NCBI GenBank assembly: GCA_002189035.1 | Contig: NEEC01000009.1 | Location: 2,914,001-2,978,000, forward strand | Direction of reading: 5' to 3' | Length of the DNA stretch: 64,000 bases | From: Utricularia gibba | Lineage: Eukaryota; Plantae; Magnoliophyta | In this document: positions 25,636-38,962 of the stretch, piece by piece | How the letters are laid out: each line of letters opens with the position of its first letter | Position numbering within the stretch: the first letter of the stretch is position 1 | Program-made: the position numbers and the translations under genes | Notes under the pieces: generated by a model | Told to the model about the DNA's origin: nothing | The model's input: the letters and a program-made list of their open reading frames with translations, nothing else | The model's database searches: none

Positions 25636-27533
25636 TTAAGCAGATTCTCCTCCTGTTCCCAAGTTGTTATGAACACGTTGATGGCGGTTTTGGTCTGGTT
25701 GAGAGTGGGAGTCGTAGTGCTCCCTGAAGCCGGCGGTCGTCCCGAGCTCCTCCACCTGCTGAATCACAAGCTCGAGCTGGGCCACCGCCTCCACCAGCAG
25801 GGACGCGAACGCTGCGAACGGCAGCGCCTCTGAGAACTCGATCGCCAGCTTGCTCACCGCCGGCCGCAGCATGGCGTCTCTCTTCTTCCATTCTAGCAAC
25901 GCTGATGAGTCGGTTTTGAAGCTGGCTAGAGACACTTCACGGGCGCGGTCTCGGGATGGGTTCGTGGCAATGGGGCCGAGAAAGAGGCGGGGCTGCGATT
26001 TGAGGGCGGCGTCGAGGTCGTGGAGGGCTTGGTGGAGAGGATCCGAGAGAATCTCCGGCGAGGAATGTCGCCGATTTTTTATGCTGCCGGCGAGTTCGAT
26101 TAGTGCTTTTGAAACCTCTCCCGCAAGTCTTGCGCATGGATCTTTGAAAAGGCCTCGTACGGATCTCGGAGTCTGCGTGATAGAGGAGTTTTGGGAATCC
26201 AGCAACCATCATCGGGCTTTAAAATCTAACAATGTAGATCTAGCAAACCGGCATACCTGAATCTCGGTATTAATGCATCCATGTAGAGCGACGACGGTGT
26301 ACCCGAAACGGCGAAGAACATCTCCGAGCCTGATGTACTGTCGCCACGACGATCTTCGAAAGCATCGACAATAGCGAGGCTCCCAGCTCGCGTACACTGC
26401 CTGATAGTTAAATCTTAAATTCTTCTTCTTTGTTGCAAGGAGATGTTTAGAGAGGCCAACAAACCAGCGTTTCGTCGGTAGTTTTGGAATCCAGCACAGA
26501 CTGATAGCCCATGTAGATCGATTCCTGAGACAAGGACGACGACGGTGTTTCAGGGTCGTGGTTTCCTTCTTCATCCCTGAAGTATGCTTTAACGCAGGCT
26601 GCAGAATTCAACCTCATTCTTTTATTTTGACTGCTGTTGCATCAAGTGTTCTGCGAGATCAGAAGTTCTCGGTTATGGAGTTCTGTACCTTGTATGGAAC
26701 TGGCCAAGCCTTCAAGCTTGTAAACCATCGAGTTATGAAGTTCTTGCCCTGACCAATTGGGAAGAACCAGCAAACTCATCACTAGACAGATACCACTGCC
26801 GATGCCGATAGCCACCACACGCCCATCGGCGATCTTCAGCACATTTTCGACCCGGAAACTCGACACCGTGATCAAGTTGTACGTCACGAGGAATATCACC
26901 ACCCCGTAGTCATAGTTTCTCTTGATGAAGGGGAAGAACCTTACATATGTAGCCAATGTTCCTGCAAGAAACGAAAGCTACGCCCTAATGAAGAATCAAA
27001 AACAGATATCAACGATTCCCAAAATCTTCAACATTTACCCGTAAAGAAGACCGTGGTAGCGATGAATACACCTCTCCAAACTGTGCCTGATTTTTCAGAA
27101 GTGTATTGTATCAGAAAAGCTAGTGATCCAGCCAGCATTGTGCCAAGGCCTCTATTCAACCCTTTGCAGAGTGTTGCTCCTGTTGAAAATTGAAAGAATC
27201 AACTAATCAAAGCAACTCCAGGAAATGCCTCTATTCTGGGAACCGCACAACATGACAAGCAAGCCCGGCACGGTGACAGGGCTCACCGGCGGTGAATTCT
27301 AAGACGACGACGACGGTGATGACGGCCCATATGGCGTTGCTGCCGATCCCTCTGAACAACGGCTCCAACAAGTACAACATGGAGACTAATGTCAATGAAA
27401 CCCCAACTTTGAAAGAGTGGAAAACTGTTCTTCTATCTTCTCTACCAACGCTGATGATTTTTGTACATACTGATTCTGCACTCTCCCTGGAGCTCCTTAG
27501 GAGAACGATTGCATGCTTCTTTATGCAGTTCAT
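25636..27533 (-). CDS. ALMT12: Aluminium-activated malate transporter / R-type anion channel, ALMT12/14-like, 6 exons
   Basis: GREDRRTVFHSFKVGVSLTLVSMLYL, AIWAVITVVVVLEFTA/GATLCKGLNRGLGT, ATYVRFFPFIKRNYDYGVVIFLVTYNLITVSS, PNWSGQELH, YQSVLDSKTTDETL/AVYASWEP, EFSEALPFAAFASLLVE. Exact orthologue (12 versus 14) is uncertain. Confidence 0.88.
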
Positions 27534-30010
27534 CGCTCCTAGAACACAATGCTCCGATTCCTCTGTTATTTAAAGGGGTGAAAGGCCCAAATGGAAGAAG
27601 AAAACATTCTCATTTTCCTCGCGAACTCCAAACTCATTGGAAATCAGTAGAATATCAACCAAACACAGACTGACAACTAGGGCAAAAAGTGAGTTCTTTT
27701 TTAAGGCGCTTTCTTGTGAGGGCGAGTTCACGTGCAATCTGTGTTGTCCTACGTAAGACAAATTATTATTATTTTATCACTAAATATTCATTTTTATTTT
27801 TTAAATACAAAATATAGATATATCTATCTATTGTCACAAAATTTGAATAATACCTATTTTATTAGTCAATATATGATAATATTATTAAATTCAGGATGAT
27901 TTCACAAATTTTAACAATGAGGTAGAGTATGTAATAATCTTGATGAATCTTACATCAATTACAAATGGAATAGTTGATTTTTTTTTAATTTTGCATAAAT
28001 ACTTTTTATCGAGATAATGTAAAATTGTAAATATTGAATATTATGAAGTTAGGGATTTTTTGTCTTTACTCTTTTTTAAAATCATTTACAATTTATTTAA
28101 TTCTTTTTTGAATAAAAAAAATTAAACAACAAAAAACGTCTGGTCCATTTACATCGATGGGCTGTTTTGGGCCGGACGGCTCAGAATATTTTTCCAAAAT
28201 TCCGAATCCGCCCACAATTTTCCAAATTATTTCATTTAAAAATTATTTTTTTCGAGAATCTCAAAATTTTGATCTTTTTATTATCATTTAAAAAACAATA
28301 AAAATAGAAACATGCATTTAATGCTTAGCCGATGAGGACAAAAAGGAAATCGGGGTTGGGATTGGAAAACGTATGGTGTGCATACTTTTGGAGATGATTA
28401 TGGGATTGAATGGAAAATATGAAATAATATGAGGACAAGATTTTGAAACAGAAGTATACTTATCTTATCCCTAATATTTCACGTTTCCCGATTTCGAAAT
28501 CAACCCCGACTTTACTAAATATTGCAATTACGCCCCTAGAAGTAGAACCCCACGTCAATTCATTAAAAATATCAAATATTAATTTCTTTTTCATACTATT
28601 TCAATATTATATTTCATAGATATATTATATTTATTCAATTTGATTAAAAGTATACATTTGGTAGAGGGTTTTAAAAGTAAAAGTTCTGTTTAAAACAGAT
28701 TTTTTTTTATAGAAATATTTCAAAAATAATTTCGTTATCAAACATGAAATATTTATACTCAAAAAAATTAGAAACGTTTATCATTTTTAGTAAGTTTTAT
28801 ATCTCTAACATTTAACTTTTGAAAAGTTACATCAAATAAAGTAGGAAAATTATGAATAAATAATACAAAATATCAATTATATTATAATTGTAATTACTAA
28901 TTTACGTTAATATCCTTGAGATTGTTTATTCAATGTGCAAATCAAATCACTCCTAAGCATAGAATTTATCGTGCCTTTATGAAAATCAGAATAAAGAAAT
29001 TGTTTTGAAGCTATGACATCAACACACACTTGTGATATTTGGAATTTTTAGATTTTTTGAATAATATTATGAAAATTTAGAATTCCAATTGATTTGATAA
29101 ATCCACCTTATAGTCCTTTTTTGTAAATTCACATTTATGTGATTTTGATGAATTTTTATAAACTTGTGTTTAAAAAAGCATGTATCAAATTTCATTTTAT
29201 ATTTATTCTATAGTTTAATATTATAAAATAATTTACCAAATGAAAAATATTTCTTTATATTGTGATTGAGAATAAAAATTACAATTTTTTTATACAAAAC
29301 ATAATCATTCTAATTCTGAATAATGAATATAATATTTTTAAAATAATGGCAAAAATAAAACTCCATGGAATTCTTTTTTTGTTTTGCGAAAGTTTGTTTT
29401 ACTAAATGCACAGTGAGTTTTTTAGAAATTGCTAGCGGGCGCCTGGAAAAGGGCTCACGTGCAATTTCCCATAAAAGCAAGGTGCGGTTTGGAGTTTTGG
29501 GGAAATGATGATTCGACTGTCGTGGAAGTGCCACTGTGAAAAATGCACATTCGATCTGATTTGTTGCCATTCATCTCTTATAAAACTCGTCAAGAATCAT
29601 ATTTCAACGACGGAATGACCGGAGGGTTATGTTGATTTTTTTATTCCAGACAAGTGCGAGATCAGGTAAGGTGGATAGCGGAGGCGGAGACACATGGTCC
29701 GTGTTCGCCGCATTAAACATTACGATTGTAATATTCCCGGAATCTCTCTCCATCTCTGGTTGTGTGCTGTTATAATGGTATTGTATAGAAAGGATGAATC
29801 GTGGTTTCGGGGCCGCCCAAATATATGTGTCCGTGATTGCTTTCCCCACCCGGAACCGGACGGAACCCATCTCTTCTTTCTTTCTGGTGATTCTATATAT
29901 ATGCGTGGCATAGCATCAACATTCGGGTGCCCCGTTCCTGCCATAGACTTTGCTACTCCACTTCACTGACTGTGAGAGAGCCGTTCGGGAACTGGGCTTG
30001 AGGAGCTTTC

Positions 30011-33000
30011 ATGGCGGGAAATGATTGGATAAACAGCTATTTAGAGGCGATTCTTGACGTGGGTCCTGGGATAGATGAGGCAAAATCATCGCTTTTGCTG
30101 CGGGAAAGGGGAGGTTCAGCCCCACGAGGTACTTCGTCGAGGAGGTCATCACTGGCTACGATGAGACGGATCTTCACCGCTCGTGGGTTCGAGTATGTGT
30201 TTTCCGATTCATCGGCCACCCTTCCTTTGCTGTATGTTTTTTTTGTTTTCTCATCTGCGTGGGTGTGTGAATCTGCAGGCGCAGGCGACGCGGAGTCCGC
30301 AGGAGAGGAACACCAGGCTGGAGAATATGTGCTGGAGAATATGGAATTTGGCAAGGCTGAAAAAGCAGGTAAGAGCAATCTGCGGTATGTGTTGTTAAAT
30401 TTTCAAGTTGTACCATCTCAAGCGCCGGCTTTCTTTGCTGTAGGTTTTGAAGTTTATTTGTAATTCTTACTGGTAGTGATCCGTGAAGTTTTTCTCATCC
30501 AAGTTGTAGAAAAACCGTTAGAGGGTGAAAGAAGGCTCATTTCAGTACTTCCGTCATAAGCCATTTAGGGGTGGTCATTTATGCATGTAGACATCGGGGA
30601 AATGTTTTAAAGTAAATGTCTTGATCTTGTAAGCCGGGCGCTGTGCATTATTCATGCATAGCGTTTTCTCTAGCCACCAGTGTCCTCAAGCCTTCTTATC
30701 ATGTTTTTCTGATTGTTCTGAATAACTTGTATATAGCATGAGGAAAAAGAGATGCAAAGGATGGCAAAACGCCGTATGGAGCGTGAAAGAGGTCGCAGAG
30801 AAGCAGTTGCTGACATGTCAGAAGACCTATCGGAGGGAGAAAAAGGAGATGCAAGTGAACTTTCAACTCATGGTGAAAGTGTTAGAGGCCGATTACCACG
30901 GATCAGTTCAGTTGAGACAATGGATTCTTGGGCTAGTCAGCAGAGGGGGAAAAATATGTATATCGTACTGATCAGGTAATCCTTTTTGAAGTTTTATGTT
31001 TTGGAGACTCAGATGTTCGTAGTTCCAACTAAGGATTACTTGTATCAACTTCCTACAATTGTTTTCCATGCAAGGGTCGAATGTTCGAAGTTAAAACTGA
31101 AGGGTTTTGTTTGTTCAATAAAAGTGTCACCTTTATGATTATGATTGTTGCAGCCTTCATGGTCTGATACGTGGTGAGAACATGGAGCTTGGCCGTGATT
31201 CGGATACAGGAGGCCAGGTACATCAAGATTTTAAGTGCCCTTGTCTTGCATCTATTTTAAAAAAATACTAACCCGTTGATCTATACCATTCTCTGATGAT
31301 ATCACTGACATAGATTTCTAGTTTTTTATTCTGGGTCACAATGATGCACACTTCTTTTTTGTTTTGACCAGGTGAAGTATGTTGTTGAACTGGCTAGAGC
31401 TTTGGGTTCAATGCCAGGTGTGTACAGAGTTGATCTCCTTACAAGACAAATATCATCTCCAGAAGTAGACTGGAGCTATGCAGAACCCCAAGAAATGCTG
31501 CCCCCAAGAAACACTGAAGGATTTATGGATGATAAGGGAGAGAGCAGTGGTGCTTATATAATTCGCATTCCGTTTGGTCCTAAAGATAAGTATATTACGA
31601 AAGAACTGCTGTGGCCTCACATCCCTGAATTTGTTGATGGTGCCCTTAGCCACATAGTACAAATATCTAAAGTCCTTGGTGAGCAAATTGGTAATGGACG
31701 TCCAGTCTGGCCTGCTGCTATCCATGGGCATTATGCTGATGCAGGAAATGCTGCTGCTCTTCTATCTGGGGCATTAAATATCCCCATGGTAGTTACTGGT
31801 CATTCATTGGGGCGTGATAAGCTAGAACAGCTTTTAAAGCAAGGAAGATTGTCAAGAGATGAAATCAACAAAACTTACAAAATAATGCGAAGAATTGAGG
31901 GAGAAGAGTTATCACTTGATGCCTCAGAGTTTGTGATTACCAGCACAAGACAGGAAATAGAAGAGCAGTGGCGCTTGTATGATGGATTTGATCCAATTCT
32001 GGAGCGTAAATTACGTGCTAGGATTAGGCGTAATGTGAGCTGCTACGGAAGGTTCATGCCTCGCACGGCTGTAAGTATTTTATGTTTTGGTATCCATGTT
32101 ATGATTTCAAAAGCTCTAGCATTGAACTGATGAAAAAAAAGGGGTAAGCTTCTCTGTTTGAAGTAAAAGATGACTTTGGGGTGTATACCATTCTGGTAGC
32201 CCAATTGATCATCATTGTACTTTCCTCCATAGGTTATTCCACCTGGGATGGAGTTTCATCACATTGCTCCATATGATGGAGACATGGAGCCTGAAGGTGA
32301 AGCAAGCGAAGATGGCAAGCCAATTCCAGCGATTTGGACAGAGGTTAATGATCTGCATATGCTTATATTTCCATTTTGCGTGAAAAATATGGCTCTTCTT
32401 TTCATTATCAAACATTTGCAGTTTTGTTTGGATCATTATTATATAATGCTGATGACCATTATAACTCTAATTGAACAGATAATGCGATTCTTTTCAAATC
32501 CAAGGAAGCCTATGATTCTTGCACTCGCCAGACCTGATCCAAAGAAAAACCTGGCCACACTGGTCAAAGCATTTGGGGAATGTCGACCACTGCGGGAGCT
32601 GGCAAATCTAGTTTGTGTTCTCTCATTCTTTTTGGTTTTGCAATCAAACTTGTTTTGACTGTTTACTTGTGTTCTCTGTCTTTTTGCAGACCTTAATAAT
32701 GGGAAATCGTGATAATATTGATGAAATGTCAGGAACGAATGCTTCTGTTCTTCTTTCAATTCTCAAGTTGATTGATAAGCATGATCTGTATGGTTATGTG
32801 GCATATCCTAAACATCACAAGCAAGCTGATGTCCCTGAGATCTATCGACTTGCTGCAAAAACCAAGGTACCCTCATATGATTCTGCAAAGACTAAGTTAT
32901 CAAGTTAACTGAATTCATTTGTTTTGATTACTGAGAAATTGCGTTGTTTACATATGTTTCTGGAATTACTTAGAAAAATACTTCAGTAGTTCACTCTCCT

Positions 33001-35048
33001 TGGCTGAGAGTGGAGTGGCTTGTATAAGGTTGCAGGATTCTTATGATTCGTGAGTTTCCTATATATCACATGTGTACTGGATATGCAATATGAATGCTCT
33101 CATCAACAAGTTTTATCCATCACCTACCCATGCAACCCAAGTTCTTCATATATCTAGAAATTGGTTGTTGCTTCATAGCTCGCTGGTATTGAATTGGAAG
33201 TTTAATTCCTTGGACTTGGTTGATACTTGAATATTACTTGGACATCGTCTTATGAATTTTGGTTGATTTTTTTATAGGGAGTTTTCATAAATCCAGCATT
33301 CATTGAGCCTTTTGGGCTCACTCTCATCGAGGTAAATGCCTTAGATTTTTTGACTGTTGACTTGATACACGTTAATTATTCTTTGTCCCCATTTCAATAC
33401 TTTTCACCACAACAGGCTGCAGCTTATGGCTTGCCAATGGTTGCCACAAAAAATGGTGGGCCTGTTGATATACACAGGGTACTTCTACATTCTTTCAATT
33501 CAGAGTTTCAAGTGTTTCCTCTGAGATTTCATTGCATGATGAGATCAAATATGTAGGCACTAGACAATGGGGTCCTTGTTGATCCACATGATCAGCAGTC
33601 TATCGCTGATGCTCTTCTGAAGTTAGTTGCTGACAGACAGCTGTGGGCAAAATGCAGATCCAATGGGTTGAAAAATATTCATTTGTTCTCGTGGCCTGAA
33701 CACTGTAAAACTTATCTCTCTAAAATAGAAAGCTGCAAACCAAGGCAGCCACGTTGGTTGAGGGTTGCAGATGATGATGATGATTACAACTCTGAATCAG
33801 ACTCTCCGAGTGACTCTCTCAGGGACATTCATGATCTTTCACTAAACTTGAAGTTCTCCTTTGATGCTGATAAGAATGACAATCAAGAAAGTGGGGATGG
33901 CTCTGAGGATCAGAAAAGTAAGCTAGAAAGTGCTCTACTCTCATGGTCCAAGGGTCTTACCAAATCCAGGTCTATTAATGACAAAGGAGAGCAGAACGCC
34001 AATGCTGTTAAGTTCCCATCTGTGAGGAGGAGGAAATACATATTTGTTATCTCTGTGGATTCTGAAAGCAGTGCTAATCTTTCTGAAGTTGTCAGAACGA
34101 TCTTTGAGGCTGCTTCAAAGGAGAGGAATGAGGGCTCAGTTGGATTTGTTTTGTCAACATCCATGAACATCAGTGAAATACGATCGTTTCTTGTATCCGA
34201 AGGATTTGCACATACAGACTTTGATGCTTTCATTTGCAATAGCGGGGCTGACCTCTACTATTCCGCCCTCCAGTCAGAAGGCAACCCATTTGTGGGGGAC
34301 CTCTATTATCACTCGCAGATTGAGTTTCGATGGGGAGGTGAAGGGCTGAGAAAGACTTTTGTGAGGTGGGCTGGTTCCATAGTGCACAGGGACGGAGACA
34401 AAGAAGATCATGTCATTGTTGAAGACGAAGAGGCATCAGCTGAATACTGTTATTCCTTCAAAGTGTATCGTCCTGGAACAGTAAGTTCATTCCATATGAA
34501 TTATGCATTTCCTACTGTCCTCTGCCATATGAGAATTTGGGATCAAGTTGCAGTGATGATTCTGTGTTTCAGATTCCTCCTCCAAGGGAAGCAAGGAAGT
34601 TGATGAGGATGCAAGCACTCCGGTGTCATATCATATACTGTCAAAATGGAAGAAAGATCAATGTAATTCCAGTTCTGGCATCCCGGTCACAGGCTCTCAG
34701 GTATCATCAAACTTGTTATCTTCGTCAAAGAGCAGAATTGATCATAAGAACAACTGCATCCTCAGGTACCTCTACCTCCGGTGGGGCATCGACTTGTCGA
34801 AGGTGGTGGTTTTCGTCGGCGAAACCGGAGATTCCGACTACGAAACCTTATTCGGTGGCATCCACAAGACTGTGGTGCTGGGAGGAGTTTGCACTGCTGC
34901 AAACAGCCTCATCCATGCTAACCAAAGCTACCCCCTCACCGATGTCATAGACTACACAAGCCCCAACATCGTCAAGGCGTCAGATGGGTGCAGCAGCGCC
35001 GAAGTGAGGGTCTCTCTCGACAAACTGGGAGTCCTCCTCAAGGGCTGA
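30011..35048 (+). CDS. SPS: Sucrose-phosphate synthase (family A-like), about 13 exons; apparent 1-nt frameshift at 30108-30111
   Basis: [32 protein letters not shown], phosphosite context [102 protein letters not shown]-like C-terminal domain ending [10 protein letters not shown]. Confidence 0.97.
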
Positions 35049-35669
35049 ACAAGCCAAAACAAGCAAGAGCCTTGTTGGGTATCAGGATCATATGATCTAC
35101 AACATCCTGTAAAGTTATCGGTCAGCATGCTGCTCCTGCAGGTCTTATTACTACCTCCTCTATGTGAAGCTCATGTGTTGGATTACCAAACAGCAGAAAC
35201 ACTTATATGAAGCTGTTGTGCCATTGTGTTCTGTTGCTCCATTCACATCACCGATTTGTGTCTCAGCTGATCCTCTGCAGCTCATTCACCATATTTTTAC
35301 TATTACAAAAGATGCACTCAGATAGCAATATACCCTCGTGTTGAACTCATTGATGTGCTTTTCTATGACCTACCCGTTTTTTGACTGGGTACCGGGTTGA
35401 CTTGATAGTTAATTTTAAATAGAGCTGGGTTACGGGTCAAACCTGTCAAGTCAAGAATAAATTTTGTGACTCGGTAGATATGGATTAATGTGCTTGATCT
35501 ATTCTGAATCATTCTAATATTTTTTATTTTAAATTAGTTAAATCATTATAATATTATATTTATTTTTAAAAAATATCCTCAATATCTTGAAATACACACT
35601 TTTCACATATAATTACACATATTGCATCCATGCACGACACACTCTAAACCCTCTTGAATTCGTGGTGAA

Positions 35670-35782
35670 TTGGGCTTAATTTGGGTTGTGCTACCCAACG
35701 GTTGAGTTGCCCAACCCATTTGATAAACAATATAGTTTTGTTGTTGGGCTTAATTTGGGTTGTGCTACCCATCGGTTGAGTT
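35670..35782. repeat. Two 39-bp direct repeats (one mismatch) separated by 35 bp
   Basis: ttgggcttaatttgggttgtgctaccca[a/t]cggttgagtt at 35670-35708 and 35744-35782. Confidence 0.9.
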
Positions 35783-37308
35783 TTTTTGTTGTTGAGATGT
35801 ACTGCAAATCCATCTCATTTCAAGCAACAAATTATTTTAATTAGTTCCATACTCCAAATAATTTTGAATAAACACCCAATAAACAGAAAATTAATAATAA
35901 AGAAGATAATAGGACCAAAGATCCAAACCCGATTTTGGTCCGGGCAGTGGGTTACCTAGTCCGCCCGATCATGTTTGGGCCGGGCTATAAACATACGTTA
36001 TGATCTGTCCCTTTAGAGCACAGGTTTATTACAGTTATATAATATTTAGATTCCGTTTTATTTTATTTTTATTATAATAAAATAAAAAGTACTTTTATAT
36101 TTTTTTAAAAAATAGAATTATTTTATATATATTTTGAGGAAGTTTTTTTTTTGTGTTTTGTTGTATATCGCACATGCAATAGCCTTGGGATCACCTGCAC
36201 ATGCTCCGCCTTGAACTTTAGTGAATGCGTACGGTTGATGTAAGTGCGTTGGATTGAAAATAGACCCGCTCATTGTTTTTTTCTTTGTTCTTAGCCTTGA
36301 TTGAATCGATCCCTTTTCTTTGTCGGGATCATCGTAATGCTTTGTTTTAATTAACAATCAGATTCACATCTTTGCGACGCTTAGAGAAAACTACTCCTTA
36401 CTTCATTAGCATGGGCTAATACCATTCTTATATGGGAACACATCTTCTAGGTCGTCTAATAATAGAGTATTAATATATTCAAGTATAATATAATTGAGTA
36501 TATATATACTGATATAATATTTGATATTTGAGAATAGAAGATTGAGTATATTAATGTTATACATATAATTATCTCATTCTTTTATTCCTGTATGCTATCC
36601 ATACATTCAAAAAATGGATATATAATTAATATAATCACAAAACATGCGGCCCGATTCCCCAAAGCCCATATACAAACGGCCCAGGCCTGCCTAGCAAAAG
36701 GCGTGACACGAGTAGACCCCACCGACCATGACTCGTCATGCGATACGTAAATCCCCATTCCATTTTTTATTTCTTGTATTTTGGATTCGAACACCATTTT
36801 AGAAAATTGTTTTTGAAAAAAGCATTATTTTTAAAAAAAAAAAAAAAAGAAGATGAAATTATGTGCATGATGGGCAGCAATCGGACCTCGGACCGAACCG
36901 TAAAGTTGTCTACTCACGGACTTCAAATAGCTACAAAGTAACATGTTTTATTCTCATGTTCCAATGTTCATTGTGGTCCAAAGTGTTCCTCAATTATTTT
37001 CTCCAAAACAAAGAAAAAAATACTTCAAAAGTGTTGCTGCTTTTTTGTGTGTTTGGAATTGAATGTTGATACTGCGTCTATATTCATTAAACCACTTTTA
37101 TAACAAAATTTATATACATATATATATTTCCAAGTTTCGATTATTAAAATATTTCTTTTAACCAAGAACCACGTGAACCGGAGCCAATGAATCTTGGCTG
37201 GATCGTTAACCGGGCTTGGACCGTAGGGCCACGTCACTATCCCAAGTTTCTTGATTCTAAACCACCGTTACATAACCCAGGTCTCAAGTCAATGGTTTCA
37301 GGTCATAT

Positions 37309-37770
37309 CTAGGGGTGATTATTAAGGTTAACCTAACCAATAACTGAATAAGTGTATAAATGAATAAACAAAATCGAAACGAATTAAATCAGTTCACTTT
37401 CAAATTATCTGAATTAATCGATTAAAATTGAACTAACCGATTTCTAGAAACTGAATAAGTGTGTAAATTGATAATTAAAATCGAGTTGAAAATAAAAATA
37501 CATCAAATTTCTCCAATTATCCAAAGAAAAACGAACTAAACTAACCGATAACCAAAGTTTATTCGGTTACTAACATAATTTGCACAGGTTGTATCCGGTC
37601 GATAACTAAATTTCAATGAAGCTTGTAAACGCTCGCCTTCACCATTATAAGATTATTTTAATTCTAACTTTAGTGTTTATACGAAATAATTTCTGATTCT
37701 AAAAATTATTATTATTAAATAAAAACGACTAAATGATAAAGAATTGAAATTTAAAAACTACACACCTAAT
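37309..37770. repeat. Degenerate ~107-bp tandem repeat, possibly a decayed AACCG-rich non-autonomous element
   Basis: ctgaataagtgt[a/g]taaat..aaaatcga recurs at about 37343 and 37450; aactaaccgat recurs at 37431 and about 37539. Begins ctaggggtg (37309); a weak inverted match cacacctaa lies near 37761. The element identity is inference. Confidence 0.45.
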
Positions 37771-38890
37771 TTCTATTTTATTAAAATTATTTTAAAAAAT
37801 ACTTTTCAAATATATAAACAAACAAAATTTTAAAAGAGCTTTTTTTTTTCAGATTATGGCTTGCTATTGTGGAACTAATTATGATTATGTTCAATTCTAA
37901 TGTATTAAAAAATATTTTATTCATAATCTTGAATTATGAAAAGAAATTTTTTTTTTATCAAATAACGAAAATATCTTCATAAAGGGTAGCATGGGAAAAG
38001 TGTACCGCGGGGCCCATTATGAACGCAGGGTGGCCGGCAACCAACTATAAAACTACCTACGGTTATATAAGGTTGGGTGGTAGTAAAAGGATTAAATTTT
38101 TTACATTTCAATAAAATTAATTTAAAATAAATTATTTTGTTATGTAATATTTAATTAATAAATTTAGGCAAAATAAATCAAATGTAGGCTCTAATCTCAT
38201 TTCATATGTTTTTTTAAAAAAAAAAAACAAATTCATTTCAGAGTTATTTTAATCCCTGAAACAATAATTTTATAATTTATTACTGTTATAAAATTAATTT
38301 ATTTTAGGAACTAAACATTCTATTAACGTAAGCCTACTTTAAAAAATAAAAAAATGGATTAAAATAATTACATACTCTTTAAGCTTATAGCTCTGTGTAT
38401 AATCATATTATGTAATTAATTTTATTATAAAATATGATTGAATAGAATACAAATCTAGAAGAGTTTTTTTAAAAAAATTTTAAAAAGATGAAGAGACTCA
38501 ATTTTTATTTTATTGGAAATAATTTTTGAAAAGTATATTTTGAGAAAAAAAAAACATTGTAATTTTTGTAATTTGATGATGCTTAGGAGGGTGTGGCATC
38601 TTGCTTGTGCTTAAACTAGGGGATGATGCAGTGTGTGGTTACCAAATCAAGTATGATATTATTCGTTTTAAATATTTCAAATTTTATTATTTTGTATTTT
38701 TTTCATTTGAAGTAAAAAATATCGTACAAGAATGGAATGGTTATTCTATTTAAATATACCACACCTTTGGTTGAATTGTGTGGGGGAAGAAAAGGAGAAT
38801 CTAAAGGCGTTGATGATAGCATGAGGGTGGGGGCGGATGACAACTAGCAGAATTTGGCATCTCCTTGGAGCATTCACGTGCATGGGTTAC

Positions 38891-38918
38891 TAGGGTTTCC
38901 TTCGCTCTTTCTATATAG
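38891..38918 (+). promoter_or_regulatory. Telo-box and TATA box of the HyPRP-type gene
   Basis: TAGGGTTT at 38891-38898 and CTATATAG at 38911-38918, about 45 nt before ATG 38963. Confidence 0.55.
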
Positions 38919-38962
38919 ACCTCTCCATCTGCATCTCCAACACAAACCCAAGCTCCATCTCA

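Noticed and set aside
27700-29400. Long AT-rich spacers (also 49.7-50.9 kb) as possible transposon remnants
   Set aside because: I could not identify terminal inverted repeats, target-site duplications, LTRs or transposase fragments.
35670-35782. Repeat-spacer-repeat with CRISPR-like sizes (39 and 35 bp)
   Set aside because: Only two repeats, no cas genes, and a plant nuclear context.
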